Counted from the stretch's first letter, positions 25,951 through 40,050 are shown. The stretch: DNA of 64,000 nucleotides from Octopus sinensis (GCF_006345805.1 NC_043005.1:103912001-103976000); one strand, 5' to 3'. Made by a program: numbers and translations. Notes: generated from the letters alone by a model not told the origin.

Positions 25951-27380
25951 TTTTGTTTTGCTTGTCTTGTTCCTTGGTTTGTGTCTATGTGTTTCGTCTC
26001 TCTATGTGTTCGACGTCTTTTTGGTGTCCTGTACACATATATGCGTGTGTATATGGACATGTAGAGGTAGGTACGTACATATGTTTTATATATGCATATG
26101 TTCTATTTATTAACATATTATACGACTAAACGCACGCACCCTATTAAGTAAGATTGTTCTGTTTATCAAGTTAGCCTGATATAACTCTCACGCGACTCTG
26201 CATCTTTCTTTCTTTCTCTCCCATTCCCTTTTCGTCTTTTTTTTCCCTCACTTAACTGTCTCTTCCTCGCCTCTCTCCTAATTATTCATTCTCTCTCTCC
26301 CTTTCACCATTCTTCATGGTCTCCTCGCAACCATTCCCTTCTTCTCTCTCTTCCTCTGATCCTTCCATCCCCCATTCCGTCGTCCATCTGCGACGATACT
26401 TCCGTCGTAACTGCTATCTGTCTTTTCTCGCCAGCCTTGTAAGGCTTCTGGTCGACAAATTTTCCTCTCTCGTCGCCACGATAATCCAGCGTTTGCAATA
26501 CTTTTTTCGTCTGGCGTTAACAGCCCTTCTTATCTTGTTCTCCTTGTCCTGTCTCTCACTGTTATATATTATTTTTCCACTGTTTATATATATATTTTTA
26601 CTGTTTATATGTTTGTAATGTCGTTACCGTCTTGCTTTTTTTTACCCCTCTGCGAAAAGATCTCAGAATTTTAATTGATTTGCTTTTCGCGGGAGGAATT
26701 TTTCTTCGAAGTATACGTCTCGCTTTTATCCTTCGAAACGTTAGTAGATGAAATCTTAGCGACTGAAGAAGGGATTTTTCGCGTTGTGCTTATTGTCCTG
26801 TATCTCTCCTTTTTTTTTGCTTGTCTGGTCCTCTGGTTGTGTCTATGTGTTTCGTTCTCTATGTGTCGACGTCTTTTTTTGGTGTCCTGTACACATATCT
26901 GCGTGTATATGTTCATTGTAGAGGTAGGTACGTACATATATGTTTATAATATGCATATGTTCTATGTTATTAACATATATATATATAATATAGAAATATA
27001 TATATACATATACATATATTATCTGCTTGTAGATACCACACACACATATATATATAATATAGTATACACACAAATTTCGTTTAATTTGCTTTGCGGGAAG
27101 AATTGTATAAACAGTCGCGTCTTGTCCTAGACTTCGGAATGCGGATTAGATAAAAGAGGGGACAACTGATGAAGGGATTGTTCCTTATGTTGCCCGTCTC
27201 GTTTCTCTATTTGTTTCTTTCGTTGTCCGAAAATAAATTTCGTCTCCCGTGTTTTTGTTTTTTTATGTTCTCTTTTTCATTTTGTTCACGTTTTGTTTTC
27301 GACGTCCTGTACCCATATATGCGTGTATACATACATATATATGTAGGTATGTACATATATGTATGTATATATGCATATAT
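25951..27380 (+). mobile_element. Cluster of related direct repeats, probably Penelope-like pseudo-LTRs
   Basis: 25951-26125 repeats at 26811-26975; a more diverged copy spans 27085-27380 and shares the CTGA(A/T)GAAGGGATT block. The class assignment is recalled, not proven. Confidence 0.55.
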
Positions 27381-28353
27381 ATATATATATATAATAGAAA
27401 TATTAAAATTACTAAGTCTCTCTAAAAGAGAACACGGCAGCGTTCCTGGAAATAATAGTTATCGCCATACTAATATGGCATTCTTATATATATATATATA
27501 ATGTAGAGATGTATATATGTATATATATATATATAATATAGATATATATATATATATATATATATATAATAGATATATATATATTTATAATATATATATA
27601 ATTAGATATATTATTATATGAACGACGGCACGCATCCATTTCCATGTATGTATTTATGGTGGACGTATGTGTGCGTCAGTGTCTATGAATTTTAGTGTAT
27701 GTTTTACAAGTAGTGAAACTACGTATAAATATGCACAAGAGATGCATATGAGCGTGTACTGCGTAGGAACATGTGTATTGTTCTACAGTTACAGTGTGTG
27801 CGATATCTACGTATCTGAGTCGGAGGATGTATGTTTGTTGGAGAGAGGAGGGTGTTTGAGCAAAACGTGTAATATATATTTATGTATACATGTGTAAGCG
27901 TGCTTTCGAGTGTTTATGTTTAAGTACGTGCGTGTGTTCGCGCACGCGCGGATCTTTGGCTTTCGTGTGCGAGTTTGTTTAGAAGTAACATATGTAATTC
28001 TATATATCGATGAAGTTGTATATATATGCTTACATACGTATGTACTTACATAAACTTATGCGTCTACGTATGTGATGAAGATACATACACACATGCACAC
28101 ATATACCTATAGAGATGCAGACAAATATGTATATATATATATACACAATTAAAATATATATATATATATGTGTGTGTGTGTATATATATCTATATATGCA
28201 TACATAAATATATATTTATATATATATACACATACATATATAATATATATATACATATATATGTATGAACATATCTATGCGTGTATATATATATATATTA
28301 TATATATATATACTTACACACACACATATATAATATATGAACATATTTATGTG

Positions 28354-28394
<41 letters not shown>

Positions 28395-28455
28395 CACATA
28401 TATATACATATATTATGTATGAACATATTTATATGTTGTGCGTAATATATATATA

Positions 28456-28499
<44 letters not shown>

Positions 28500-29179
28500 A
28501 GGAATATATGTGTGTGTGTATGTCAGACACTATATATGACAAAGTGTGTATATAAGCTGTAATATATTAGTATGTTAGTGAGTATTTGAAGAAATTTGGA
28601 CGCATGAATGTGTGTGTGTGTTTGTGTGTGTGTATGTGTGTGTGCGCGCGCGCGCGAGTGTGTGCTTGTGAGTGTGTGTATGAGTGTACGTATGTGTATG
28701 TCTGTGTGTCAGTGCGTGCGGAAAATCATTTGTGGTAGTATTTCATAGTCTGGGAAAACTAAGTGTATTTTTTTCTTATATTCAACATACCTATATGTGC
28801 GCATATTGGCGTAATATGCGTTAGTCGAACTGTACGTATGGTTGTGTGTATCATACACATATAAATATACGAATGTGCGTAAGAACATGTAGATGGATAA
28901 ATAGCTAATTTGATATATAAATCGATACTTAGAAAGAAATATAGAGAAATTGGTAAAAACTATTGATTATGCACTGGCCGATCAATTGATGGATTGACTT
29001 ACAGTCTGCATGTATTGTAGATGTATGTATGTATATTTGTATGAATATATTTGTGTGTGCATGAATGTATGTATGTATATATGTATATATTACACATATG
29101 CGTATATGCTTCCATGCGTATTTTATATTCACACGTATTCATACATATACATACATACATATATACAAATGCATGAATG

Positions 29180-29212
<33 letters not shown>

Positions 29213-29357
29213 AATGTTTATATGAGCATGTACGTGCGCGCATATAGATGTATATTTGTATGAATGTATATTCTCATACACGTACGTGCAGGCATACATA
29301 AATACACATACAAACACACACCAGACACACACACACCACTATATATATATATATATA

Positions 29358-29457
29358 NNNNNNNNNNNNNNNNNNNNNNNNNNNNNNNNNNNNNNNNNNN
29401 NNNNNNNNNNNNNNNNNNNNNNNNNNNNNNNNNNNNNNNNNNNNNNNNNNNNNNNNN
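29358..29457. other. Assembly gap (100 N)
   Basis: Run of N. Confidence 1.
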
Positions 29458-29599
29458 GAAGAGGTTAAAGCAAAGGGAGAGAGTACCGCATCTTCAATAT
29501 AATAAATTAATATAAAAAAAAAGGGGACCAAGAAGTGGATCGAAACGACGAATCGGAACGAACCTGATGCGGGGCGCTGTCAGACAATAAGGAGATAAA

Positions 29600-29760
29600 T
29601 AAAAATATATGCATACATACAAACATATATGTACGTACTACATCTACATGTATATATACATGCATATACAAATAAATATACGGAAGTACAGGACATCACA
29701 ATAAGACGTAGAAACAGAAAAAGCCAAAAAAACAAAAAACAAGAAAACGGAAACGAAACC
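29600..29760 (-). mobile_element. Inverted copy of the 25951/26811 repeat family
   Basis: Reverse complement reads ...ctacgtcttattgtgatgtcctgtac...catgtagatgtagtacgtacatatatg. Confidence 0.6.
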
Positions 29761-29944
29761 AAATATATATATATATATCAGCCGTATTTGCGACGATAAC
29801 CTGGTGCTTGACTGAGGATAAAAGACTTCGAATGACCCGTCCTGTTTTTTTGTATGTCTATCTGGATGTTTTGTGGTCCCTTTGTATCACCTAGCTGCCC
29901 GGATGGTTTGCATTCTTGTCCCTTATTTTATCGCAATTTGACTT

Positions 29945-29983
<39 letters not shown>

Positions 29984-29985
29984 CT

Positions 29986-30026
<41 letters not shown>

Positions 30027-30065
30027 GTATTGTGTGTGTGTGTGTATTCTTGCATATGTTTGAAA

Positions 30066-30130
<65 letters not shown>

Positions 30131-30139
30131 ATAATGATT

Positions 30140-30810
30140 CTTTCTACTGTAGGCCTGAAACTTTGGAGTAGGAGGTAAGTCGATCACATCGACCGCAGTC
30201 ATTGACTGGTGCATAATTTATCGACCCCGAAAGGACGATTTCAGAACGTAGTGACTGGTGAAATACCAATTTCTTTACTACCCACAAGGGGCTAAACACA
30301 GAAGGGACAAACAAGGACAGACAAACGGATTAAGTCGGTTATATCGTCCCCAGTGCGTAATTGGTACTTATTTAATCGACCCCGAAAGGATGAAAGGCAA
30401 AGTCGACCTCGGCGGAATTTGAACTCAGAACGTAACGGCAGACGAAATACGGCTACGCATTTCGCCCGGCGTGCTAACGATTCTGCCAGCTCGCGTTAGA
30501 ACACCGTTTAAAATGCTTAATGGAATTTCGTCGTTTTTTCGCTCTGAGTTCAAATACCGCTAGGGTCGACATTGCTTTTCATCCTTCCGAGGTCGATGAC
30601 ATAAGTATCAGCTGTGCGCTGGGATCGACGTAAACAACTCACGCCATCCTCAGAAATTGCTGGCCTTGTGCAAAAATTTGAAACCAATATCATCATTTTG
30701 TTGGTGCATCGAACAAAAGCGTAACAGCTTTTCTTCTTGCTTCATGTTCTGAGTCAAAATTCCGCCGAGATCCTGTACCAGCTGCGCACTGGCGTCGAGG
30801 TAATCGATTA
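30140..30810. mobile_element. Nest of SINE A copies in both orientations (best copy 30270-30494, minus strand)
   Basis: Multiple cgaccccgaaaggatgaaaggcaaagtcgacc and gagttcaaat blocks. Confidence 0.85.
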
Positions 30811-33003
30811 GGAAACTTGAAGGAAACAAAGAGAATTTGATGAAGGAAAAAGGTGTCTCATCTCAATAACTTAAACCTCATCTATCACACAAACTTTTCC
30901 GCCATAGCTACTAAATAGAGGAAAACTACTTGCCCTTCCCGGCTCAAAGAAGGCGGCCGGGTTTTCTTCTCAAGGGAGTTGGTCAATAACCGGATCCGTC
31001 CTACACGTCATAACAGCTGTTCGATGTAACTCCACAAGTCAACAATGCTTGAGGGATATACGAGCGCGCGCAGAACAGTTTCGTCGCTGTGCGCCCAACT
31101 CGGGTACAACCATGCCTGTAGAGTTTATCCTGAGTCGACAATGATTTCGCCCCCGCACCACTAGTTCTGTAGCAGTGCCACGTCTAGGTTTTCAGAAATT
31201 ATCCATGTATCCCGGCCCGAATGTTCTCCGGAACAAACTCACCAATCGATTTTCATTGAAGACCATCTCTGATCGCTAGACTGATCCACCTCTGGTCTTC
31301 TATAGAATGTCATGGTGGAGCATCCAGCGACCGCATTGCATGTGTGCGCACAAGGTACCAGGTGCCCTGCCTACGCATGATTTAGAAGTAATAAGTCCTG
31401 TGAAAGCACGCAATAAATATAAAACCACTATATGACAATAATAAATTCAATATTTGCAGCTTTTAGAAGGTAGGTGTGTGAGTTGTATCATTTGTTATGG
31501 CTGAGTCAAGGTTATTTCTATTAGAAACAGTACTATAATCACTAAAGTTCCTTCAGTAGCGATGCTGTCTTAATTTATGTCATCCTGTATCCACAAACTC
31601 TTTTTGCAATATAAATCCGCAAGTAGTAACATTATATACACCATAAGTTTTAATGATACGTAAATTATCTGTTATTGTAATTTGTTCCTCCTAATTAACA
31701 GTTTATATTCAAATTACTCCTACAACGCCTAATCAGTTGTATTTTCTGAAATTGTTTCTGTTTTATCTATTGCAATTTCAACATAATATCTCTTATATAA
31801 TCGAGACAATTAACACACAATTATCCTCTGAAAACCACGTTACGTTATACATTAAGCATTCATACTCTAAATTAGATACTAACTTAGCAACGCTTGCGTT
31901 AACAGAGTACATACTTGATTTCTTCGCCAAAAAACGTCTAACGTAAAATATATTTACATTAAGCTATTTGCACTAATAATCAAGTTGAAAACACTAAATA
32001 CTAATATTGATATAGTATAGCAGACTGGTTGTTAATCCTATCTTCTTTTCTAGTTTTTTAAAAATATTATGTTGGCTGTTAAGTTGTGAGGGTTGACAAT
32101 AGCCTCTGTAAGATTCGTTTGAGAGGGCAACTATATTTACCACCGCACTGTATATATGTACATTCAATGAATTAATATTGTTCAAATGGCGCAAGGCCTG
32201 CAGTTCTGAGGGGACGGGTCTAGTCGATCACATCGATCTCAATGCTCGATTGATTCTTATTTTAGCAAAGTCCGAAAAGTTGAAATGCAAAGTTGACCTC
32301 AGCGGAATTTGATTGCAAAGACAGATGAAATGGCGATAAGCACTCGGTCCAGTTCACTAATGATTTTACCAGCTGACCGCTTTCCTTCGTGTAATATTGA
32401 TATTAATATGACATGTGGATCATTGCATATTGAATATTCGTTGATTCACACTAAAAGTCGAAATAGGAAAGATAAGCAAGTTGAGGGACTAACAGACAGG
32501 AGAAGCGTCTGATTTGGGCAAATCCTGAAGTAGCTTACTGATGAGGCTGAATATTCCTGCGGGAAATTTTCAGAAAGAAAGCAGCTGACACGTATAAACC
32601 TCGGCCCAGAAAGTTCTAGAATCTGTTTAGCGGGGAAATTTGCGCCCTTTTCAGAAACTTCCCGCTTACCTATAAATAAGCTATTGGTGAAACTATATTT
32701 GCGAATGCGTTAATACCATTTATACTGACATTCCTTTTTATCGAAAATCTTTAGTTCACAAACCAATTGAAAAATAAACACGGAATTGGATTGTTCATTG
32801 AAATTCTTTGGAATTTGCACTGATATGGAGAGGTTTAATAATTGAAAATTAAGCAATGGAAAGATAAAAGATGGAACGAAGAGAATACACACACCTGCGA
32901 TCACGCCCAAGCATACATACATTACTTACACATACGCATACAGATAGGTGTGTGCGTGTATTTATTATGATACATATAATGATATATATATATATTGTAT
33001 TCT

Positions 33004-33170
33004 TTTCATTTACTCTTTTACAGGTTTTAGTCATTTTACTGCGGCCATGCTGGAGCACCGCCTTTATTCGCATGAACCGACCCCAGGACTTATTCTTCGT
33101 AAGCCTAATACTTATTCTACCGGTTTCTTTTGCCGAACCGCTCAGTTACAGGAACGTAAACACACCGACA
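33004..33170 (-). mobile_element. SINE family B, 3' fragment
   Basis: ctgcggccatgctggagcaccgcc...gccgaaccgct. Confidence 0.85.
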
Positions 33171-33528
33171 TGATAAAGGCTGGAAGTTATATCAGCCAAA
33201 ACAAAATGAGGAAAAATATCCGTCAAATGTGAATAATATAAATAATGTAAATATAAGTAATTTATTGCACATAAATTTTAACAACGAAATATTATATGGA
33301 CCCTTAAGGGTGATGTGGACCCCAGTTGAAACCACTTGAATAAGTACCAGGCTTTAAAAGAAATAAGTACTAAAAATTCTTCAAGGCGGTGCCCCAGCAT
33401 AGCCGCAGTCTAATGTCTGAAGCAAACAAAAATTAAAAGATATATATATGTATATACATACGTACACACGCATGTGAATATGTATGAATTTACATGTGCG
33501 TGCGTGTTTGTATGTATGTATGCCCCTG

Positions 33529-33588
<60 letters not shown>

Positions 33589-35533
33589 GCATCTTCTCGC
33601 GTGAATGTGTAAGCGTATGCAATCTGCCTGTAATAAACGCAAGTTGCGATATCTTCAATTGAAGCTAAAGACAAGCGTTAGCTTGAAGCCAGTTAGCAGA
33701 AAACATGTACCGGAAGTTAGAAGCCAGAAGCCAAAAGCCAGAAGATTTGAATGGAGAGTACAACTGCCCTCTCAACGGCCATTAACTATTGTTTTACAAT
33801 AACACCTCAATGAATAAAAAATATATCTAAAAACATAGAAAACCAAAAAAAATATGCTATCTTACAGACCGACATATATTTATGGAATTAGACGGAACAT
33901 GGGACAGATTTACTTAAACCATTTCATCAAAGTGTAAAAGACTGTTCGTGCTTGGTGGCGTAAGTTTGCCAAATTCTATCGCCGATGCCAAGTTGAATGA
34001 ACCAATAGAATAATAATATCAACAACAATAACAATAACAACAACAACAACAAAGTGATAAACCGAAGGAAAACAAAAGAAAAACAGTGTAAAATATAAAA
34101 ATACAAAACAACAAAAAATAGTTCATAGAGTTCGCAATCAGTTCAGCTAGTGCCGAGACAGTATTGATTGTAACATATAAAATTATCTATGAGAGAATGA
34201 AGTAAATTGAAATAGACCATGTATTGGCAGAAACAGTGGTGGCGGTGGTGGTGGTGGCAAGGGTTGTTGGTCGTAGTCTTGGAGGTGGTGCTGTGGTGGT
34301 GGTGGTGGTGGTTAGAGATATGTGGTGGTGGTGGTGGTTCAGCTGCAGATATTGTATAGTGATGATGATAATCGGAGAATGGTTGTGGCTGTTGTTTTGT
34401 GGTGGTGGTGGTGGTAGCAGTGATAGGAGGGTGGTAGTGTCGGTTGTAGTGGTGATTGCTTTGGGTGATGGAAGCAGTGGTAGTAGCCACGGTAGTGTTG
34501 GCGATGGTGATATTAATATTGATGATGGTATAGCTGCTCTTGTCAATGGTGGTGCTGGCGGTGTAAGTATTTTCGTTGTTGTTGTTGTTCTCTACCCCTT
34601 GTCAGTTTCTGACCGAGAAGACCTACGATCAAAGGCAATCCAATAATAACCATCCTGTCTTTTTGTTTACCAGTAACTACGTTATCCGATGAAATCTTCC
34701 CGTTTTGGGAATCACAGGATATGATTTGAGGAAATTTAGTTACTATTTCTAGCAAGTTCCTTGGTTAGTATTTGAAGTCTTTGCGATCGCTGTATGGCTT
34801 TTAGTGGAGGTGGTGACGGTGGCTTGTCTTAGTGTTTGGTGGGGGTGGTAATGATGGCCATCGTTATTTTTGCTGTGGCTATGCTCACGGCCAACTCTGA
34901 CGTACAGCAAGACTATGTTCAAAGGCGTTCCAGCCACGACTGTCCCATCATTTTTCATGTATGTTTCCGCAGTATTCTGGATGCAAAACTAATCTTAATA
35001 TCAAATGCGTAACTGAGCTTGCCATCAAAACTAATTTCTGTAACAATTCGATAAAGATGGTCTGCATTTACTACTTCCTGTCTTTCAATAACGATTGGTT
35101 GATACAAAACTTTAGAGAGACGACGATAATTTTTAACTGAACATAGAGCCTGCGACTCATAAGTCCTACCGAGTAATATTTCTCTCATTAATATATCTGT
35201 GATCTTGGTCATAGCTTTGAAGTGCGTCACATATATGTATATATGTATGTACTCACGTATGTGTGTATGTACTTATGTATATATGTATGTATGTATGTAT
35301 ATATGTATGTATGTATGTGTATACGTATGTGTGTATGTATGTATGTATGTATGTATTTGTGTATGTATTTAAGTACGCGCATGCATGCATGTATATGTGT
35401 GTGTGTGTGCGTGTATATATATATGTTTCTATATGTATATATAAAATATATATTTAAATAAATATATTTGCATCTATCTACGTGTGTGTGGGTGTTTCTA
35501 TATATATATATACATATATACACACACACGCAT

Positions 35534-35577
<44 letters not shown>

Positions 35578-36241
35578 CTATCTATATATATGTATATATA
35601 TATATATATATGCATGTATATATACATTCATATATGCAATCATTTGTATATACATACACATGTACACCCCCTACACCCACATAAACATATTATGAATATG
35701 ATTGTAGTCGAAGTAAAAGAAACAGAATAAATAGAATGCAAAAACTAAAAGATTAAATTGTATTAAAATAATATCGTCATATTGATCAATGCTCTCTATA
35801 GATAAACGTCGCGCCATTTCATTTGCTATCGCTCACAGGTCGCCATGTTTCTTTCTATTTTTATTTTAATTTTTCCTTGCCTGATTTTTTTTCTTTCATT
35901 TCACTTAACTGCAACAACTTAAGTTATAAACACACTTAAACGCACAGAAACACATTCCTATATGCATCACAGACATACACATATGTACTTGCATAGACAC
36001 ACACACACGCAATTATACGCGCGCGCACACACATGCTCACACTGACGCACACACACATATACCTACCTAACTGCCTACTGACATACGCCCATAATATCTA
36101 CTTGTGTATATATTTGTAAACAGACACGTTTCTATACATAACTATACATGAATGAATGTGCACAAACACACACACACACATGTCCTCACCTAAACACTTA
36201 CATATGGGTATACCCATACACATATATACATGTACTGAAAT

Positions 36242-36300
<59 letters not shown>

Positions 36301-36322
36301 CACACACACATATACATATATA

Positions 36323-36545
36323 TAGGCTGCGATAGGTAAATTGTCATCATTTTATATTTTTAATTACGCGCATTCGCATGGTTTGTTATTGATTTTGTCG
36401 GCTACACAGCATAGTAGGATCAGTTGGGCACCGTCTGTGAGAAAAACAACACCATAACGCAATTCACTCTGCCAGAAATTTGGAAACGACATGCTGTACT
36501 GTTTGGCATTCGCGCCGGAAGCTCCAATACGAACATTTCAGCTGA
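36323..36545 (+). mobile_element. 5' fragment of a Tc1/mariner-superfamily element
   Basis: TA-flanked start; LPEIWKRHAVLFGIRAGSSNTNIS resembles a Tc1/DD37D-type transposase N-terminus. Confidence 0.5.
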
Positions 36546-36840
36546 TTCCAATAGCCATTATAGTTTCGTTCATTAATTGTTTTCCTCAGTCGATCCATTG
36601 TTCGGTTGAGAAAAATTGAACGACTTTGAGAATTAATGCTACACTCAGCAAACTCAACCACAGTTGTACAATATAGAATGGGGATTAACTATAACCACAT
36701 GAATACAAGGAATTCTTTACTAATTCAAGAAGATTTTGTTAGCCTGGTGTACTAACAGAGAGTTTATAACATATTTTGCCTGGATTTATAATCCCTCATT
36801 AATAACTTTGCCTCTGTGAGTGTATACATACATACATACG

Positions 36841-36878
<38 letters not shown>

Positions 36879-36906
36879 ATATATAATATATATATATATA
36901 CATATA

Positions 36907-37096
36907 TTTCTTTACTGCCCACAAGGAGATAAACATAGAGGGGACAAACAAGGACAGACAAAGGTATTAAGTCGATTACATAGACTCCAGTGCGAAACTG
37001 GTACTTTATTTATCGACCCCGAAAGGATGAAAGGCAAAGTCGACCTTGGCGGAATTTGAACTCAGAACGTAATGTCAGACGAAATAACGCTAAGCA
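36907..37096 (-). mobile_element. SINE family A inside (TA)n
   Basis: Reverse complement of family A body and tail. Confidence 0.9.
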
Positions 37097-37631
37097 TTAT
37101 ATATATATATATATATATATATGAAGCAAAACGATGTGCTGTTGTGATGTGCTGCCTAGTAGAAGTGAAAAGTCCATTTAAACTCTTCAAGAACAATAGA
37201 AAATAGGGTTAAAATGCTGCAAACTTCTGAATTCTTTAACCTGAATATAAATCGTATTTGCGAAATCCTGCCGTAACTGTAAATTCGTAAACAATAATCC
37301 CCGAAAGCTTGGAATTTAAAGCTAAGATAAAGATCAACCGATAATGGTTATGAAACTTTAATCCATACGCGCGATAAGTGGTAGTCTATAAACTTATAAG
37401 CGATAACCCATAATCCATAAACCACAAAGGGAGATTATCATAGCTTTACAATTAACCAAAGTTCTGAAAACAAGTGTTTACATGCATACTTAAATATCTA
37501 CTTACTTCATGTATAGACACACACGCACACACACATACTTTTACTTGCATATTCCACACAAGCACACGTATATGTACGTTCACATCCACACACTTACAGA
37601 CACACGCTTGCGCTTGTCGAAGAAGACTTAC

Positions 37632-37664
37632 TGAACCACCATACTTATTAAAGGTGATAGCAGG
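37632..37664 (-). CDS. Candidate 33-nt internal exon (phase 0: PAITFNKYGGS)
   Basis: Minus strand: ACTAAC branch-like site, catttgtttctctgtccaattttatatcAG acceptor, GTAAGT donor; length divisible by 3. Confidence 0.45.
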
Positions 37665-38079
37665 CTGATATAAAATTGGACAGAGAAACAAATGTATACT
37701 GCCAGGTGTTAGTTTGTAGTCTAACTTAAGCCCATTGTGATACATACTAACAGAATATCAAGCCAACAAATGAGCCTCTATATGGTCGTTCGATCTGCTA
37801 AAAACAATAGCCAAATCTTCCTTATCTGCTAACTGCTATCTTGAATAAAAAGAAATATATTTGAAATACTGGTTGGAATGTCGTTGATCATAGTCTTAGA
37901 TAGGATGGGTGAAAGTAAAACAAGTTCACATCAATCGAATTGGATATTCTGTGTCTAGAAACAGCTTTTGTCTTTTGTTTCCTCTTTTACTTCTTGTAGA
38001 TGACTTAATGATGTATGGCGAAGAATATAATTCTTTCTAATTTTGGCAGAAAGCCAGCAGTTTTGAGACGTGAGCTCAA

Positions 38080-38245
38080 GATGGTTACATCTTTACCAGT
38101 ACTTGACTGGTACTTATTTTATCGACCCCCAGAGAATGTAAGGCAAGTAAAACCTCTGTTAATTTTGAAATTAGTGAGTAAAGATCTGGAAGAAATCCCG
38201 CTAAGCATTTCGTCCGGCACGTTGATCCTTCTGCCAATACGCTGC
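38080..38245 (-). mobile_element. Degenerate SINE family A
   Basis: ctggtacttattttatcgacccc...ctaagcatttcgtccggcac. Confidence 0.75.
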
Positions 38246-39857
38246 CTTGCTGGAGTATATAACACGGAGTAGAACTCATTAACCAATATCCTTAGAACAT
38301 GCGTTGTCTAGCGGTTCGCCAATAGGTTGTTGATCCTAATATCTTCTGTTTTAAACTTGTTTTCTTGTCCAGCAGGCGCATTGTGTCCTTGGGCAGGGTT
38401 CTTTACTTCCCATTGCTCCAGTTTACTCCGATGGCAAAAAGAAGCACTGTATATGACAGTGTCTAGTCGGTGTGAAATTAGTGCAGTAGTGTTAACGAGA
38501 TCATGGTACAAAAATAAAGAAAGTATTCAAGTTTTAAGAAGAGTACATTCAGTAAATTTAGAGATCCTGTCTTCATCCAATTATGAAAATATGCAAAATC
38601 CAGAGGAATTGTTCTACTACGGGTAAACATCCATCTCTCCCTTTTCTCCATTCCTAGGATGATCGTGGGGTAGATTCCTTAGGCACTTCCGCCATACAGT
38701 TCTGTCAGAAACAATTGTCATTAATGTTTCCGGTTGGATTCCTAAGGGTGATCAATTGAGATAATCGATATTATCCAGCTATCCCGTTCTTGGTCTATGC
38801 CAAGATTTCCTGCCAGGAAATGTAATTATCAATACCTTCCAAATAAACTATTCAAGCCAGGTTAGAGCTAAAGGCGGCGTCTTTGATAAAATATCGCATT
38901 AAAACGAAAGTTATGTCAATACAAGCTTATCCAGGTGAGAAATTATCGCTATCTTTGACACGATGAAACTGTTAAAAATCAGTGCCCAGCCAGGTGAGAA
39001 CTGTAACTAGCTTTGACCAAAAGTTCTTGTTAGCTTGGACAAACGATTCAATAGAGAAGCAGCAGCAGCAGCAGCAGCAAATAGATACTTGAGAGAATAT
39101 ACAAAAATATAACCACCACCACCACCACCACCACCACAACAACAACAACAATCACTACCACCATCACCACCACCACCACCAGCCGTTCAAGAATTTGGAC
39201 CTGGAGATCTCCATTTCCAGCGACTTCGAGGGCCACCTCCCAGTGGTGTCGGGCGTCAACGAAGAGCCTTCGACTATAACAAGACTAACAAAGTTTTTTT
39301 TCCCAAGGTCTGGGGTCTCCCGCCCCTAAGCCCTAGACCATCACCTAAACACCCTTACCCGTCTTGTTGCTTAACAACAACAACAACCACCACCACCACC
39401 AACAACAACAGCAACAACTACAACAACATTGTTACTACTATCATCATCAGCATCACAAGTACTATCATTAGGGTCAGGAAAATGACGACAACTACGACCC
39501 CAACTTTCATCGCCATCATCGTCACCATCAAGAAGGCTACAATCATGGCTTCATGCATTAGCATCATCATAACCCTCTATAACCACAACCACCATCATCA
39601 CCACCACCACCACCACCACCACCACCATCACCACCACCACTATCGTCACTATCGTCACTATTACTGCCGTTGCTCCCACCTCTGCCCCCCACCACCACCA
39701 CCGCTCACACCACTGCCGTTCTCACCGCCGATATCGCCGCCCCCACCGTCGCTACCGCCATTGCCTCTGTCCCCTCAGGCGCCACCGCCGCCACTATCGT
39801 CTACAGACAGCACTCACCCCACCCTCAAGTCAACCTACTCTTTCTCTCACACCTTAC

Positions 39858-39896
39858 CCCCTCACAAACAATATCACCATCAAAGATGAAATATTC
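39858..39896 (-). CDS. Candidate 39-nt internal exon (phase 0: EYFIFDGDIVCEG)
   Basis: attacctctgtctaatAG acceptor and GGG|GTAAGG donor; open in phases 0 and 2. Confidence 0.3.
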
Positions 39897-40050
39897 CTAT
39901 TAGACAGAGGTAATTCAGTGCTTTAACTTCAATAATGAAATTTATTTGTTCATTTGAAAATTGAAGAATATTGATTTTCATGAAATACGCCCCACCCTAA
40001 TCATCTCCAACGCACCCCGCCACTAACTTAATTTTTCATAATACTAGTAA

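Noticed and set aside
26730-27180. GAAAC...CTGAAGA and CTGATGA boxes in the direct repeats as type II hammerheads
   Set aside because: The intervening sequence cannot form helices III and I.
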